Shown piece by piece: positions 24,208-36,400 of a DNA stretch of 62,118 nucleotides. This DNA is from Picochlorum sp. SENEW3. Lineage: Eukaryota. The stretch is from contig CP120461.1 of NCBI GenBank assembly GCA_034226945.1, positions 930,001 to 992,118 of the forward strand, read 5' to 3'. Made by a program: the position numbers and the translations under genes. The notes under the pieces are model-generated. The model ran no database searches. It was not told where the DNA came from and worked only from the letters and a program-made list of their open reading frames with translations. How positions within the stretch are numbered: the stretch's first letter is position 1; each line of letters begins with the position of its first letter.

Positions 24208-26298
24208 ATGGATGATTGCAATACTTTAGTTGGATTGGCTCAGGATATAGAGAGGTTTGCTAACCGGGAACAGTTGGCTGCTATCCTGGACAGTGGAGCA
24301 AATCCAGAAGATTTTCTGAGCGACTATGAGTCAAAATTGCACGTAGCTGAAGGGAGAGCGATAGCTGATTACATAGCGGAGGCAGATAACCTTTTAGAGC
24401 TTAATGTTAACATCGAGAAATGCGACGAGGTGCTGCAGGCGCTGGAGGAAGTGCTGCGTCGGTTCGACCAGTCTCTGGGCAGTGCCAGTGATGAAATCAT
24501 GGGTCTGCAGCGGAGGAGCGAGGACATGAGGCGACGCATGGAGAACGGGAAATCGGTGCAAGAGCGCTTGTCATCCTTTATCGAGAAGATTGTGGTGTTG
24601 CCGAGCTTGATTGAAGACGTGATGAAGGCACATGTGAGTAGCAAAAGATTTGAGGATGCCCTCACGACACTGGACAGCAAGCTCCGATATGTGGACGAGC
24701 ACGAGGATGTTAGGATGTCAGCGGCTTTTAGGGACGTAGCAGTAGAGATGGAACGGTTGAGATTGGCGGCAGTGAAGAGGTGTCGTGACTTTCTGATGGA
24801 TAAGGTGTATGAGATGCGCCATCCAAATTCAAACATTCAAGTGCAGCAGAATGTGCTGATCAGGTACAAGCAGATGATTTCTTTTCTGAGGGATCATGGA
24901 CATAGTATGTACGAGGAAATTCGTACGACATATATTGCGTCGGTGACATCCAAATTCATGGAGATTTTTAGAAACTATTGGGCTAGCATGGAGGGGCTGG
25001 AGGAGATTATAGTGCCTTCTGATCTGTTGCTAGGGTCTCCTGCCAGCACAGGGATCTCACAAGGACTCTCTAATATGGTATCTTTATTCAATTCAATGAG
25101 AAAGGAACTACATGAAAGCATGGATCACCATGAAGCATTTCAATTGAATGATCGGTTGGATGTGCTTGATCATCTGCATGACAATCCCATCATTCCATCA
25201 GCTCGCCAAGCTAAACGACCGTTCGAGTATCTATTTGCTTCACTATCCAGACTTTTAGTAGATACAGCTGCGCACGAATACTTATTTTGCAAGAACTTCT
25301 GGCAGAAAGATGGGAGGAATATTTTCAAGGATGTTTTCAAGCCTGTTGTTGATTTCATCCACGGATCTTTGAATGCATCATTCCAGGAGCAAAACGACCT
25401 TATAGCCCTTCTTCTGTGCATTAAAATCAATCGAGAGAACTTTTTGACCATGTCGAAGAGAAGAAACCCAGCGTTGGACGAACATTTTGATGCCGTCAAC
25501 CTGTTGTTGTGGCCCAGAGTAAAACACATTCTTGATAGACACTTGGCATCAGTTCAGCCCTCAGAGTACACGGGTAATGAGGGAACGGATATTACATCTC
25601 ATACGATTTTACCTCTCAGTAGAAGATATGCATCTTTGATGGCTTCAATTTTGATTCTAAATGCTCATCTAGTAGAAGGATCGCTTTCTCTCAACATTGA
25701 ACAACTGAAATACGCAGTCATGAATATATTGTTGACAACGAGTAGGCAGCTGCCAAAACGGGGGCAAGGCACAATATTTCTGTTGCACAACTTTCACCAC
25801 ATCATCTCAGCACTTAAATGTAGCGTAGACCAAGCAGATGGTCGCCAAGAGGATGAGACTCAGAACCCAATCCCGCCCTTTGGAAAGCAAGTACTGGAGT
25901 CCTTTGAAGAAGCGTTTTCAAGAGCACTTGATCTTTATGTGGAAGCAAGAATACAGGCTGGGGTCCCCCACGTATCGAGTTTTGTTCGCAGGGGCGAAGC
26001 AGCAGTTGCAAAGGATGCAAACCTGTCGGAATCTTTGGATCACAACACTGCCTTGCAAGTAGCACTGGAGTTTTCTAGCCGATGGGACAAAGTTCTTTCA
26101 GTACTCAATGGGGAGATCCGAAAAGATTTTAGCCACGAAGCCTTGCTTGCACTGGTGCAGAAAACAGCACATAGCAAAATTCTACTTTTGTGGAGTCGCT
26201 TTGTCGAACTCCTGAAAAAGATGGGTGAGCAAGGGGAGGACATTGTTAGGAGATCCATTTCGATTCCGACCATCATGCAGACCATGCGAAACAACTGA
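24208..26298 (+). CDS. VPS52: GARP complex subunit Vps52
   Basis: Coiled-coil N-terminus, MERLRLAAV...RDFL, QVQQNVL, FE.LF.S...LLVDTAAHEYLF, LLWPR, SRRYA. Confidence 0.85.
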   Translation: MDDCNTLVGLAQDIERFANREQLAAILDSGANPEDFLSDYESKLHVAEGRAIADYIAEADNLLELNVNIEKCDEVLQALEEVLRRFDQSLGSASDEIMGLQRRSEDMRRRMENGKSVQERLSSFIEKIVVLPSLIEDVMKAHVSSKRFEDALTTLDSKLRYVDEHEDVRMSAAFRDVAVEMERLRLAAVKRCRDFLMDKVYEMRHPNSNIQVQQNVLIRYKQMISFLRDHGHSMYEEIRTTYIASVTSKFMEIFRNYWASMEGLEEIIVPSDLLLGSPASTGISQGLSNMVSLFNSMRKELHESMDHHEAFQLNDRLDVLDHLHDNPIIPSARQAKRPFEYLFASLSRLLVDTAAHEYLFCKNFWQKDGRNIFKDVFKPVVDFIHGSLNASFQEQNDLIALLLCIKINRENFLTMSKRRNPALDEHFDAVNLLLWPRVKHILDRHLASVQPSEYTGNEGTDITSHTILPLSRRYASLMASILILNAHLVEGSLSLNIEQLKYAVMNILLTTSRQLPKRGQGTIFLLHNFHHIISALKCSVDQADGRQEDETQNPIPPFGKQVLESFEEAFSRALDLYVEARIQAGVPHVSSFVRRGEAAVAKDANLSESLDHNTALQVALEFSSRWDKVLSVLNGEIRKDFSHEALLALVQKTAHSKILLLWSRFVELLKKMGEQGEDIVRRSISIPTIMQTMRNN

Positions 26299-26510
26299 AT
26301 GCCTTCAGCACCGAAGTACAATGTGATTTTTCTCAGGTGGATCTCAACCTTCCCTGTAAATACTGTTCGATCCTATCAAAGATTGTACCCAGCCGGGAAG
26401 TCTATCCTGTCGCGGTGGCGGTGGACCTCACCCTGGTGTGATGCATCGTCAATGTACCGGTGGCCGATCTCGAAATAGTGCATAAAATTTTTCATTTTGA
26501 ATAATCAACG

Positions 26511-27226
26511 ATGCACTTTGCTCTGTCTGCCCGCATGGGCAATCTTCGTGTGTCGTCTAAGGCGCCAGTCGCGCAGGTGCGTTTTGCTTCGTTTCTGCTG
26601 TGTGACTTTTACTTTCTCGTCAATCTGCTGTCAAATTGAGTGGAATGTGTGACATTTGTGGCATTCTATCGCCATTCTGGGAATGTATGTCGGTCGGCCC
26701 AGGGCGACTGGTGGTGGATAGTAGTACCCAAAGGGCGACCTGCTGCAAGTCTCTGCATAATGGCCGATTCCATGACGTCTGTACATGTATAACATGAATT
26801 TTTTTTAATGCAGACGTTATCCTCCAAGCAGAATGGCATCGCCGGAGTAGCGCCGCGCCTGTGCACCACTGCTTTGGCTACTCAACGCAGAGCTACAGCA
26901 GCTGTTGTTGAAGTCGAATGCGCTGATGGTCGCCGTGGAGGTAAATTGAAGACAAGAAAGGTGCGTTTGGATGCGTTTGCATGGCTCCCTTTTGTTTCAT
27001 TGACTAATTTTGAGCGAAATACCTTGTCCTGCAGGCTGCGGCAAAGAGATTCAACGTAACTGGAAGTGGTAAGGTTACCGTCCGTAGAGCCGGAAAGAAC
27101 CATTTTCAGGAGAAGAAGAGCAGCAAAAGGAGAAACAAATTGTCCATGAAGCAGCAAGCGAGTGACAGCATGCTGGACAACATCAAAGGATGCCTTCCAT
27201 ACTCCAAGGTGAAGGGAGGCAAGTAG
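26511..27226 (+). CDS. RPL35: Nucleus-encoded plastid 50S ribosomal protein L35 (introns 26577-26813, 26961-27034); last exon absent from the ORF track
   Basis: Spliced product: transit peptide, then KLKTRK|AAAKRFNVTGSGKVTVRRAGKNHFQEKKSSKRRNKLS...LPY. Confidence 0.9.
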
Positions 27227-27291
27227 ACTTACACACGTTGCTCATGTATCCATCTAAAAGCAGTATCAAAAAATGTAAAACAATTTAGTTA

Positions 27292-29706
27292 TTACAGTTC
27301 TTCATGGACGGTAATATCATCATTTTGAACGTCGCTTGTTTGGTCTTTGTGCGCTCCACTCTCATTGTCAAACAACCCCGTCTCTAATTTCGAGCCATCA
27401 TTATCCGAGGGAGAATGTAGGTCTCCTCCTCTACTCGCGTTTGGGGAGATCTTGGTCGAAGACAGAGGGGCTGGAGGCGTTTCTACCTTTGATGACTTGC
27501 CAGGGTAAGGGTACAAGAGATTTTTGTCGTACTCTACCTGCTGTATTGTTGAATTCGTTCTAGGACCCAGCACTGGAATGAAATGCGCTTCTGTGTTTAA
27601 TACAAAATCAGTCAGTGGATACTTTGCCTTCAGGAGAGGCTCATTTTTGCAAGATGTATGCAGGCACCTATCAGGTGGCTCGCTGAAAATCAGGAACAAG
27701 TACTTCAGAGTTTCCGATATCCAAAACGATTCCATTTTATCGATTCGCAGCGGCGGTACGACTTTTGTTGACTGCAGACCTGCGTACCCCGAGCTGGCCC
27801 CTATCTCTCCACAAACGGTATTTGAAATAGTGTCACCGTCCCATTTCGGATTTCCATAGCCCGGCTTTATTATTCCAGATCTAAAACTTTGTATGAGAAA
27901 ATTTATGGCACCTTTCACTTCGACAGATGCCGTGTTTATAACCTGACTGCCTTGTTTCAGATCTGCCAAACGGGTTGCCTGAAGCAACCCTGTGGTTAGC
28001 TTTTGTGTTTCGTTGGCAATAGCCTCCCACGAACGGCCCTTGGATCTCAAGTCCACAGCCTTTCTTAGAGCTAATCGTGCAAGTGTCTGCACAATGTCGT
28101 CCTTAACTCTGTGGCCTTGCCTTGCAAGGCAGAGCTCGAGCCCCTCCACTCTTGTCCATCTCTCAAAAGCCCTAAATATCTGCCATGCCCTCTCTCTGTA
28201 CATGGGGTCCCCTGTTGTTTTCCATAATACGAAAAGACTCTCAACTGTTTCTGGTCTCAAGATATTGTGTGCATCGTTATCTTTCACGTAGAACAGGCCG
28301 CCTCCAATATCACTATGATGATTTCCCGGATACGCAGGATCCTGAGGAATGAAATGCGCAATTTCGGGCGCCAAGCCAGTCGGAGACAGCCTGTATAATT
28401 CATAACATGTTGATGCTAATTCTTCTGCAATATAGAGATCGTCGCCCCAGAGGTGTTTGTGCCGTTCCACCTCCCATTCATCTTCCTCCCCGGAGATGGG
28501 TGATTTGGGAAAAGATGTGGAAACACCGTGAAGATGACCAAGAGCGAATACCCCGGGCAGAAAACACACTAAATGATCCATCTTTGGAGACATGGTCTCC
28601 CCCTCCATCTCTGAAACGAACAAGAACCCTATATCATGCTGTCGTCCTGGCAGAATGTTGGTTCTCTTGAGCATCCTCTTCCTCAACGACTGCATAGCGT
28701 GTACATACCTGTTTTTCAAGACATCGTCTGATTTTCCAGTTATAATCCAGTACTTTAAGAGGTATTCATAATACGAATCGGTTCGTGCTCCCAGCATGAT
28801 GTAACGTCCCTGTGCAGTGCCTGCCTCAGGGTTGAAGTACTGCGGTAGCAGACCATCGTATGCCCGAACCGCATTACTTAACACATCATACACATTTCTA
28901 ATGGATTCTTCAAAGAAAGAATGCCCAGTTAACCTGGACAAGGCAGAAAACTCTAGGGCCAATGTAGTCATCTCAGACAGCGACGAATGTGACACTGCAA
29001 AATCAATCTCGCCCGTCCTCAAATTCACGTCAGAGTGAGGAAGGCCACTCTTCGATGCAAAAGCCTGCGAGAGGCGAGCTCCCAAAGCGATGGCACTGTC
29101 CAGCAACATGCGCTGTGTTCTCTGCACCCGAGCAGATGTGCTCTTCTCAATTTCAAAATATGTCGACAACAGGCCCCCAAGCACTCGTATCGTCGTCTCG
29201 AACACGTTGCAATATCCCGGCGAATGCAGACTGAAGTTCCTCTCCAAGACGTGCATGGCACTCATGTACTCGTCCTCGAGACCCATGATGAGCAAGGTGT
29301 CCAAGCTGTCCACAGCAGTCAGTGTCAGATTCAGCCAGTGCTTCCCACCGCACACAAGCGGCCGCAGCTCGTCTTCTCCAGAAGCACAGGAATCATATCC
29401 TCGCCACGCCCATTGCGCAGCCTCCCGCACTTTCGCAGCCCTCTCCCCTGGGCTGCTCACACAACTTAAACGTGCATCCCTCTCCCTCGCGAGCAAATCA
29501 GAAAACACCAGACCTTCCACAGATCCATGGATCGCTTTTGAAAACTCATTGTGAGCGCAGACTCCACCTTTCTCATCGGAGCCTACGTCGCAAATACCAG
29601 ACAGCCTGCAGCGAGACCCATCGTCAAGCACTGCCGTTCCAGTAGCACAACACCATGGGCAAGCGGCGACCAGAATCAGCAGTAAAGTTTGAACGACAAC
29701 ATTCAT
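27292..29706 (-). CDS. Class I alpha-1,2-mannosidase (GH47), ER-type
   Basis: Signal peptide; DELRP, VDSLDTL, FETTIRVLGGLLS, GARTDSYYEYLLK, DHLVCF, LRPETVESL, MESFWISETLKYL, NTEAH; C-terminal HEEL. Confidence 0.93.
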   Translation of the reverse strand: MNVVVQTLLLILVAACPWCCATGTAVLDDGSRCRLSGICDVGSDEKGGVCAHNEFSKAIHGSVEGLVFSDLLARERDARLSCVSSPGERAAKVREAAQWAWRGYDSCASGEDELRPLVCGGKHWLNLTLTAVDSLDTLLIMGLEDEYMSAMHVLERNFSLHSPGYCNVFETTIRVLGGLLSTYFEIEKSTSARVQRTQRMLLDSAIALGARLSQAFASKSGLPHSDVNLRTGEIDFAVSHSSLSEMTTLALEFSALSRLTGHSFFEESIRNVYDVLSNAVRAYDGLLPQYFNPEAGTAQGRYIMLGARTDSYYEYLLKYWIITGKSDDVLKNRYVHAMQSLRKRMLKRTNILPGRQHDIGFLFVSEMEGETMSPKMDHLVCFLPGVFALGHLHGVSTSFPKSPISGEEDEWEVERHKHLWGDDLYIAEELASTCYELYRLSPTGLAPEIAHFIPQDPAYPGNHHSDIGGGLFYVKDNDAHNILRPETVESLFVLWKTTGDPMYRERAWQIFRAFERWTRVEGLELCLARQGHRVKDDIVQTLARLALRKAVDLRSKGRSWEAIANETQKLTTGLLQATRLADLKQGSQVINTASVEVKGAINFLIQSFRSGIIKPGYGNPKWDGDTISNTVCGEIGASSGYAGLQSTKVVPPLRIDKMESFWISETLKYLFLIFSEPPDRCLHTSCKNEPLLKAKYPLTDFVLNTEAHFIPVLGPRTNSTIQQVEYDKNLLYPYPGKSSKVETPPAPLSSTKISPNASRGGDLHSPSDNDGSKLETGLFDNESGAHKDQTSDVQNDDITVHEEL

Positions 29707-29921
29707 GCTACATTCCAATGACCCATCTGGAGGCAAGTTGGCCACCTTCACAAAAATACGGTGTTTTGAATGAAAAAATGGATTATTATGAGCCGAATGG
29801 CTCCATGTGTCTCGGATCCGGCTCACCAATTGGTGGACCGGAACAAAGCTCTGGAGCATGCTGCCCTAACCTCCGCCAATGTCGACCGAATATTGTTGCC
29901 AGATTCCATCGAGCAAGCTCC

Positions 29922-29948
29922 ACTACTACTACTACTACTACTACTACT
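29922..29948. repeat. (ACT)n microsatellite, 9 units
   Basis: actactactactactactactactact read directly. Confidence 0.9.
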
Positions 29949-30196
29949 TTTACAGTACACAAATCTCAATCCATACTAGGATAGCATCTCATATTTATAC
30001 CCTGACAACGTATTGTTGTTGGGATTACAAGCCTTTGAACCCATACGGACCCGTTCTAGGGTATCAAAATTACAGAACCATTCGGTGGACGACGGCGTTT
30101 TGGTGATATTTCTTGGGCTATTTTACTGTTTTTGTAGATAACAGTCATTTTTGCTTCTGTGATGCACAGTCTTCCTGCTCGGAACTACTGAAAGAT

Positions 30197-32182
30197 ATGG
30201 CAGGTGGAAATCACTGGCGCTCTCAGGAATACGCTTGGTCGCCTGAGACGCTCGTAGCCAAGAGAGTTTCTGAGCGCAAACAAGCTGAATCTAGTAAGCG
30301 AGGGGACGATGCCCGCCATGTATTTCCGGAAGGTGGGGTGTGTCACAAGAAGGCTTCCAGGAGGCGTGCAAAGGGTGCTCCGATATCGTGCCAGGTGGTT
30401 GGATGCACCAATGTATGCGAGAGTAGTTATTATAAGAAGTATAGGATATGTGAGGAGCACGCCAAGTCTCCAGCGGTGTGCATTGATGGAGAAGCAATGA
30501 GGTTCTGCCAAAAGGTATGCATGTTGTTGGCCACCCTGGATGATGGGGGCAAAGTCTAACATCTGCTCGTCATGTATATGCAGTGTGCACGATTCCAGAG
30601 TCTGTTCAGTTTCGATGCCGAGCACAGGAGCTGCCGCGTATCATTGGAGCATCACAACAGACGGAGAAGACAGGCAAAGGGTAGGAGCCGGGGGAAATCA
30701 AAGGCTGTCGCAAAGAGTGCGGTGGCGGCCGTTTTCTCGGAGCACGAGCTGATGCATCTGAACTGTGTGTCTAATGGGCCTTCGCAGACAGAACGCAGCA
30801 CCCCAAGCCATGAGGATACGCAGTCTGCAGATGATGCATATCTGTCCCTCATGAAGGCTGATGGAAGCATGGATGTTGATGAATACAGTCCAGAATACAA
30901 AGAGATGCATCTATCGATAAAGTTTCAAGAAGGAACGCCATCAGACCTGCCGGAAAGTCTCTATGATGACCTTTTGTTGGAGGTGCCTGCCGTTGCAGAT
31001 GTGGTGGGCGCCATTCGCCCGGGCTGTACCCACTTGACAACATCTATAAGAATACCTGCGGAAGTGCATGCGGAATTCATGAGCTCTACCAAGCCATATG
31101 ATATGGCAAGGCGACTTCACAAGAAATGGTTTCAGTCAAAGAGTCTGAGCAAAGGCTTTGAAGTTCAAATTGAGCAGCATGCAACACAGGTCACAAGTGA
31201 TGGCTCCCATGTTATGGATCGACACGCGCTGCCATCACCCTTATCTTTGTTTCCTTGTTGTGTATCCAGCACCAAAGATGCGTGCTTGGTCGATGTCCTT
31301 GGCCACGATATCAAAGATTCAAAGTTTGTAGCCATGTGTCGCCAGAATGGCAGATATCTGACAACAACCATGCTAATGGATGAAAGTTGGAATGATTCAG
31401 TGTTCAAACATGTACCACGAAGTCACACGAGTGATGATGAGACATCTCATGGGGGTGATTCATTGGGATCCTCACTGGAAAGCAGGGGTAGCTCGAGCAT
31501 TTGTGTGACGGATGGGTTTGACAAATATGATCAGAGCGATCTGGGATCAGACACTTCTGACGTGAACGAAGAGAGGAATCACACAGAGAAGAGGTCCATC
31601 AAAATCATTGGCCTTCAAGATGGTGTTTGCGAGATTGAACTTGTGCATGAGAATAGCTCTACTCCGCCTTTGGCTTTGCTGATTCTTCCTGATCCTGATG
31701 CAGTAGAGGAGCTTCAGAACAAGATCACAAGCCATCAGCACAAGCCATGGGCTCAGGCCTTTCTGAGAGATGTGGGTTTTGTGACCCATCACTTGCATGG
31801 TGAGGTGCCGTGTAGTATGGAGAAGATGTCTCTGGTCAGGAGAGCTGCGGATAATCTGATATCGTACAGTTGGGAAAACGGTTTTTGTGCGCTCGCCAAC
31901 TTCCTTGAGACTTCCATTGCAAAACATGGATTCCCAGAGGACACAGATCTACTAACAACCAAGAGCCACAAGAATGCCATCTCTGTCCGGGAAGTATCCT
32001 ACAGTAGAGGATTGGAGTATGTGAAGCTGGCAGATGCCAAAGTTTTGCTGGAGAAGATTATTAAATTGACAGGAATAACCAGACAACCTATTGATTCTGG
32101 ATGGAAAGGCCTCGAGCACCAGTTAATATATGGGTCAGGAATGCTCATGATTGCCATCCTTGTGTATGCCGCAAGCAGTTGA
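30197..32182 (+). CDS. SBP-domain (SPL) transcription factor with IRPGC motif (intron 30515-30583)
   Basis: CQVVGC..YYKKYRICEEH..RFCQK|CARFQ..FD..RSC...HNRRRR; downstream AIRPGCTHLT; C-terminal hydrophobic tail as in the SPL1/SPL7-like class. Confidence 0.9.
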
Positions 32183-32349
32183 TGATTTGTTGTTGCAGAT
32201 AGTGTTGTTGATATTTTACCCAAAGCACTCGCGTGTCTTCTTTTGCGTTACTTTTCTTGTTGTATGTCATGTGGTCAACATTTTTGTCCACTGAAGGTTG
32301 AATGATATAGCTGAATGCCAAATTTTTCATGAAAAAATAATAGATTTTT

Positions 32350-33036
32350 CTAGGTAATGATTCGAATCAATACTACTTCAAATATAAGTGGCTCGCTCTT
32401 ATGATTCTCGAGCTGCCTTTTGGTTCCAAAAGTTGGCATCTGTGGCTCCACATCGCTTGCCTGCCCTGACAAGTAGCCAGCGCTGGGTGGAACAAGAATT
32501 CTACGTTTGCCGCCTGGCCTCATCCCTGAGAGGCCTTCCACGAGCCCTGGCAGCAGACTGCCACTGTTTAGTTTCCATCGGATCGGACCAGTCGGAATGT
32601 CTCGAGGCTGAAAGCTGACACCTTCCACAGTGGAGTAAATAAAGTACCCATTAGCTCGCCTTAAAACATAGTCGACCAGGACGTCGTCCCCATTGCGGGC
32701 TTCCGCGTGATTGGCCTGACCATCAATTAGATCTTGTACCAATGCTCCAGATGCTGTCTTGCGGAATTTTGGAGCCGAAGGATCGATTGGGGCGGATAGT
32801 CCTGGACTCGACCAGTCGCCTGAATCCCTGGCTCCCAAAGCCTCTCCACAGCCAAGCAGAGAGCCGGAAATCAGAGTCATACACATTAAATCCCTCCTTT
32901 TAATACATAAATTTCTATCAATCGTAGCATCGCCCACTCCCGGTCGCACTTGAGCACATCTGTGCTCAGACCGTCTCGTGGCGCAGCGTTCGGAAACTTT
33001 ACGGGGCTGTTGCCCCCTAGAAAAGCAGCCTTTCAT
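32350..33036 (-). CDS. Thylakoid FKBP-type peptidyl-prolyl isomerase, FKBP16-1-like
   Basis: Twin-Arg lumen signal (KRRDL), DYVLRRANGYFIYST, GL.EGL.GMRPGGKRRILVPP..GY, EPLIFEV. Confidence 0.85.
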   Translation of the reverse strand: MKGCFSRGQQPRKVSERCATRRSEHRCAQVRPGVGDATIDRNLCIKRRDLMCMTLISGSLLGCGEALGARDSGDWSSPGLSAPIDPSAPKFRKTASGALVQDLIDGQANHAEARNGDDVLVDYVLRRANGYFIYSTVEGVSFQPRDIPTGPIRWKLNSGSLLPGLVEGLSGMRPGGKRRILVPPSAGYLSGQASDVEPQMPTFGTKRQLENHKSEPLIFEVVLIRIIT

Positions 33037-33438
33037 TCCTCAACCCGAAAGATAATCCATTCAGACTGTAATGGTAGTAACGGATGACGAAACGCTTATC
33101 GGACAGTGTGGGCCACACCTCTGGGCATGTACTGCGCCATTTCCATGACAGGTCAACCCCTTGTAAGGGTTGACTTTTTCTCAGGGATGGTCATCATCTC
33201 CCGATCATCGGGATTATCGAGACATCTATATCATGATACGCTTGTATATTGTAGAAAGAGTTAAAGATATAGAGAGAGGGAGTGTGTGAATAGGTGGGAC
33301 GTCTCCAGGTCCTTTGCCTGTACAGTTGACCACTGAAGGGCCCTTTCACGGAAGGGTATCCCTCAACATATGTGCGGATAGATATATATGAGAAAGATAT
33401 TATACATATTTGGTTTGGTTTGAGAATCGCATTGCGTC

Positions 33439-36400
33439 ATGGAAACCTCGGAAGGTAGCATGAGTAGGACTTTCCTGTGTCGTGTGTGTTCCAAGCCATT
33501 GCAAGAGGAGGTCGATCTACTAGTGAAAACGGTACAGTCCAGGTACGTTCTATGATTTTTCATGGTATATGTTGCCAAAAATATGGATATGGAATATTCA
33601 AAGCACGATACGCAGGGCCATGACGGAGGAGCTTGTCGTTTTGCATCACAGTGAGAGCCAGATGCTTTTACTGATCGACATGCTCAGGGGCGTTTTGAAG
33701 GAGACTAAAGTCTCTGGAATATTGATTGATTCTCATGGCGTAGAAGAAGACCTCATGACTGCTCTTCGTGATGAAGAAAGAGGGGGAGGGAGGATCCTCA
33801 AAGACCTGTTGGATACAAAGCCCCTGATGGTTGATGACCATGTACGTGTACAACTGAAGGTTCCCTGATCACTGCGATTGATATTTCTATAATATTCACT
33901 CAAACTCGCATATGCAGGCATGTACTTGTGAATTCGACCCAAGCATTGTCCAGGGAAGTGGGTATTGTAGCATGACCAAGTCTGAAATTGAAGATATTGT
34001 TGTTGGAAGTACTCGAGAATATTTGGTAGAGAATGGGTATCAATTACCTCAACACAAATTGAGAGATGTCAGCTTTTTTAAAATTGGCCTAGACAGTCTT
34101 GATCTAATGATGCTCGCAGAAAGGATCTCAGAAAGGATCAAGGTGGAGATGGAGCTCACAGCTCTGATAGATTACCCTACAGTTGACGCATTGTGCACAT
34201 ATATCAACAATCTTTGTGACCCTGATGCCTCGAATGCTACTCGTGAAAGTATGTGTTATACCTGATCGCATTTGGTCCGATTCATCCAATTTATATGTAT
34301 ACATGCTTTGCAGGATCACTGCTTCCTCACATTCCCAGTCATGTTGTCCTTGGGGTCACAGGCATCAATTCAAACCTCCCGACGCGTTGTGAAGGACACA
34401 TAAGCAGCTTTTCCGAGGATGGTATCACTCAAATTCCCATGAAGAGATGGGATTTGGACCGCCATGGCTATACTGAAAGCCCCACTGCGAATGCACAGGT
34501 TTTGACAGTTCGCTTTGGAGCCTTTTTGGAGAATATAGAATACTTTGATCCTACCATATGGGATATTCCTGTGATTGAGTGTGAATATATGGACCCACAA
34601 CAGCGCCTTTTGCTTGAAGCAGTCTCAGGATTGACATTCGCTCTGGGAGCGGCTGTGGTCAAGTGTGGTATTTTCGTGGGAGCTTCGACCTGTGATTATC
34701 AATCCCTAATCTCGAAGCGGATTGAAGCATATAAGACAACTACTTCTTTTTGTGTGACTGCTACGGGGCTAGGGGTCATCCCTGGCAGGATAGCGTTCCA
34801 TCTGGGCATGCAAGGACCTGCTATCGCCACAGACACTGCATGCAGTTCCAGCTTGGTTTCACTGAGTATTGCTCACCAAATGACCCAGCAAGAGGTCATT
34901 AAGTCTTCTTTCGCATGCGGATCTAGCCTTCTGATTGATCAGGGGCAATTTCAAGCGTTTGAGTCGGCAAACATGTTGGCAAAAGATGGTAGGAGCAAGG
35001 CCCTTGATGCCTCTGCTGACGGTTTTGCGCGAGGGGAAGCCATCGTGGCTCTGCGGTTGGATGAAATTTCTGAAGACAGTCGTGATGTTTTATGCGTGCT
35101 GCAAAGTATATATGTGAACCAGGATGGAAAGAGTAGCCGTTTGACAGCGCCGAATGGGCCTGCACAGACAGCGCTCATAACGGAGACATTGAGGCGTTCC
35201 GCCTGCGAGCCCTCTGATGTGGCCAAGCTCATGCTGCATGGGACAGGTACCCCATTAGGAGATCCTATAGAACTTGGAGCTTTACTTAAATCATATCAGA
35301 GCTCAAACCAGGATACATGTGACAGCCAACGGAATTTGTGCGCCGTCAAAACATCGGTTGGGCACAGTGAAGCAGCAGCTGGCATCGTTTCCTTGTCTGG
35401 GGCCATTGCCATGAAGTCAATGCAAATTGTTCCTGTTCTTCACTTGCGTCATTTGAATGAGCATTTGGAGCGGCTCGTGGAATCCTGTAGAGACAAAGGG
35501 TCCTGTCTGGGCATTAAGAGATGTTCTGCACCCAGCAATGGAGACAGGACTGACAGAGATTTCATTGGAGTCTCGAGTTTTGCTTCCCAAGGTACAAACT
35601 GCCATGCTATTTTGACCCTCTGCCATCACCAATCGGTGCAAACACAGTCGGAATCAGTAACGAGAGACTTGTGGAGGAAGAAATGTATGTGGATTTTTGC
35701 TCTGCCAGAGACTCGAATAAAACTCGTTTGTTCCAGGGTCACCTGCATTTTGTTTGAACTGCCTGTTCATTTTCCCTCGCCTGACAGCTTGCAAGAGTGC
35801 TTCTTAGAGGTATGTGATGTGCTGTCTCTCGCTTTCCAGAGATTCTGAGGAAAAAAATTAAATGTCTAGTCGACGCATGTGTGTTGTTCAGGTGGCTTTG
35901 GACGCCGTGTCAGTCCTCCGAAGTGATAAGCAACTAAAGGAAGGCGGCGACGGACTTCAGGGCATAGTTTACAGGAAATTCGTCAAAGAGAAATTGATCT
36001 TTTATATTATGAAGGTCCAAGTAGAAGTTGACGTAGTGGCAGCGTCTGTGGACGGCCTACGGTGCTTCTTTGCAGAGGCTCATGTCTGCTCTCTACTTGA
36101 TCTTTCGCAATGTACGCCTGGCACCATGTGCCCACTGATGCCCACTGATGCTGTGAAGCCTGTTGCATCTCCTCCCATCTTTGCCAACAAAAAGCCGCCA
36201 ACTGATTTTTGTCACACCCACGCGTTGGCACTACTAAATTGGATCCAGCTTGCTGGTGATGGCACATTTGGTCGAAGCCCTCCGAGGCTACAATCACTTG
36301 CACTTTGCACCTCTTGCGAGAGTTCTGGCAGGGATGCTTATCAAATCATAAATGACGAGATTTGTTTGTCTGCAAAAAGATCATTAAATGGATATTGTAT

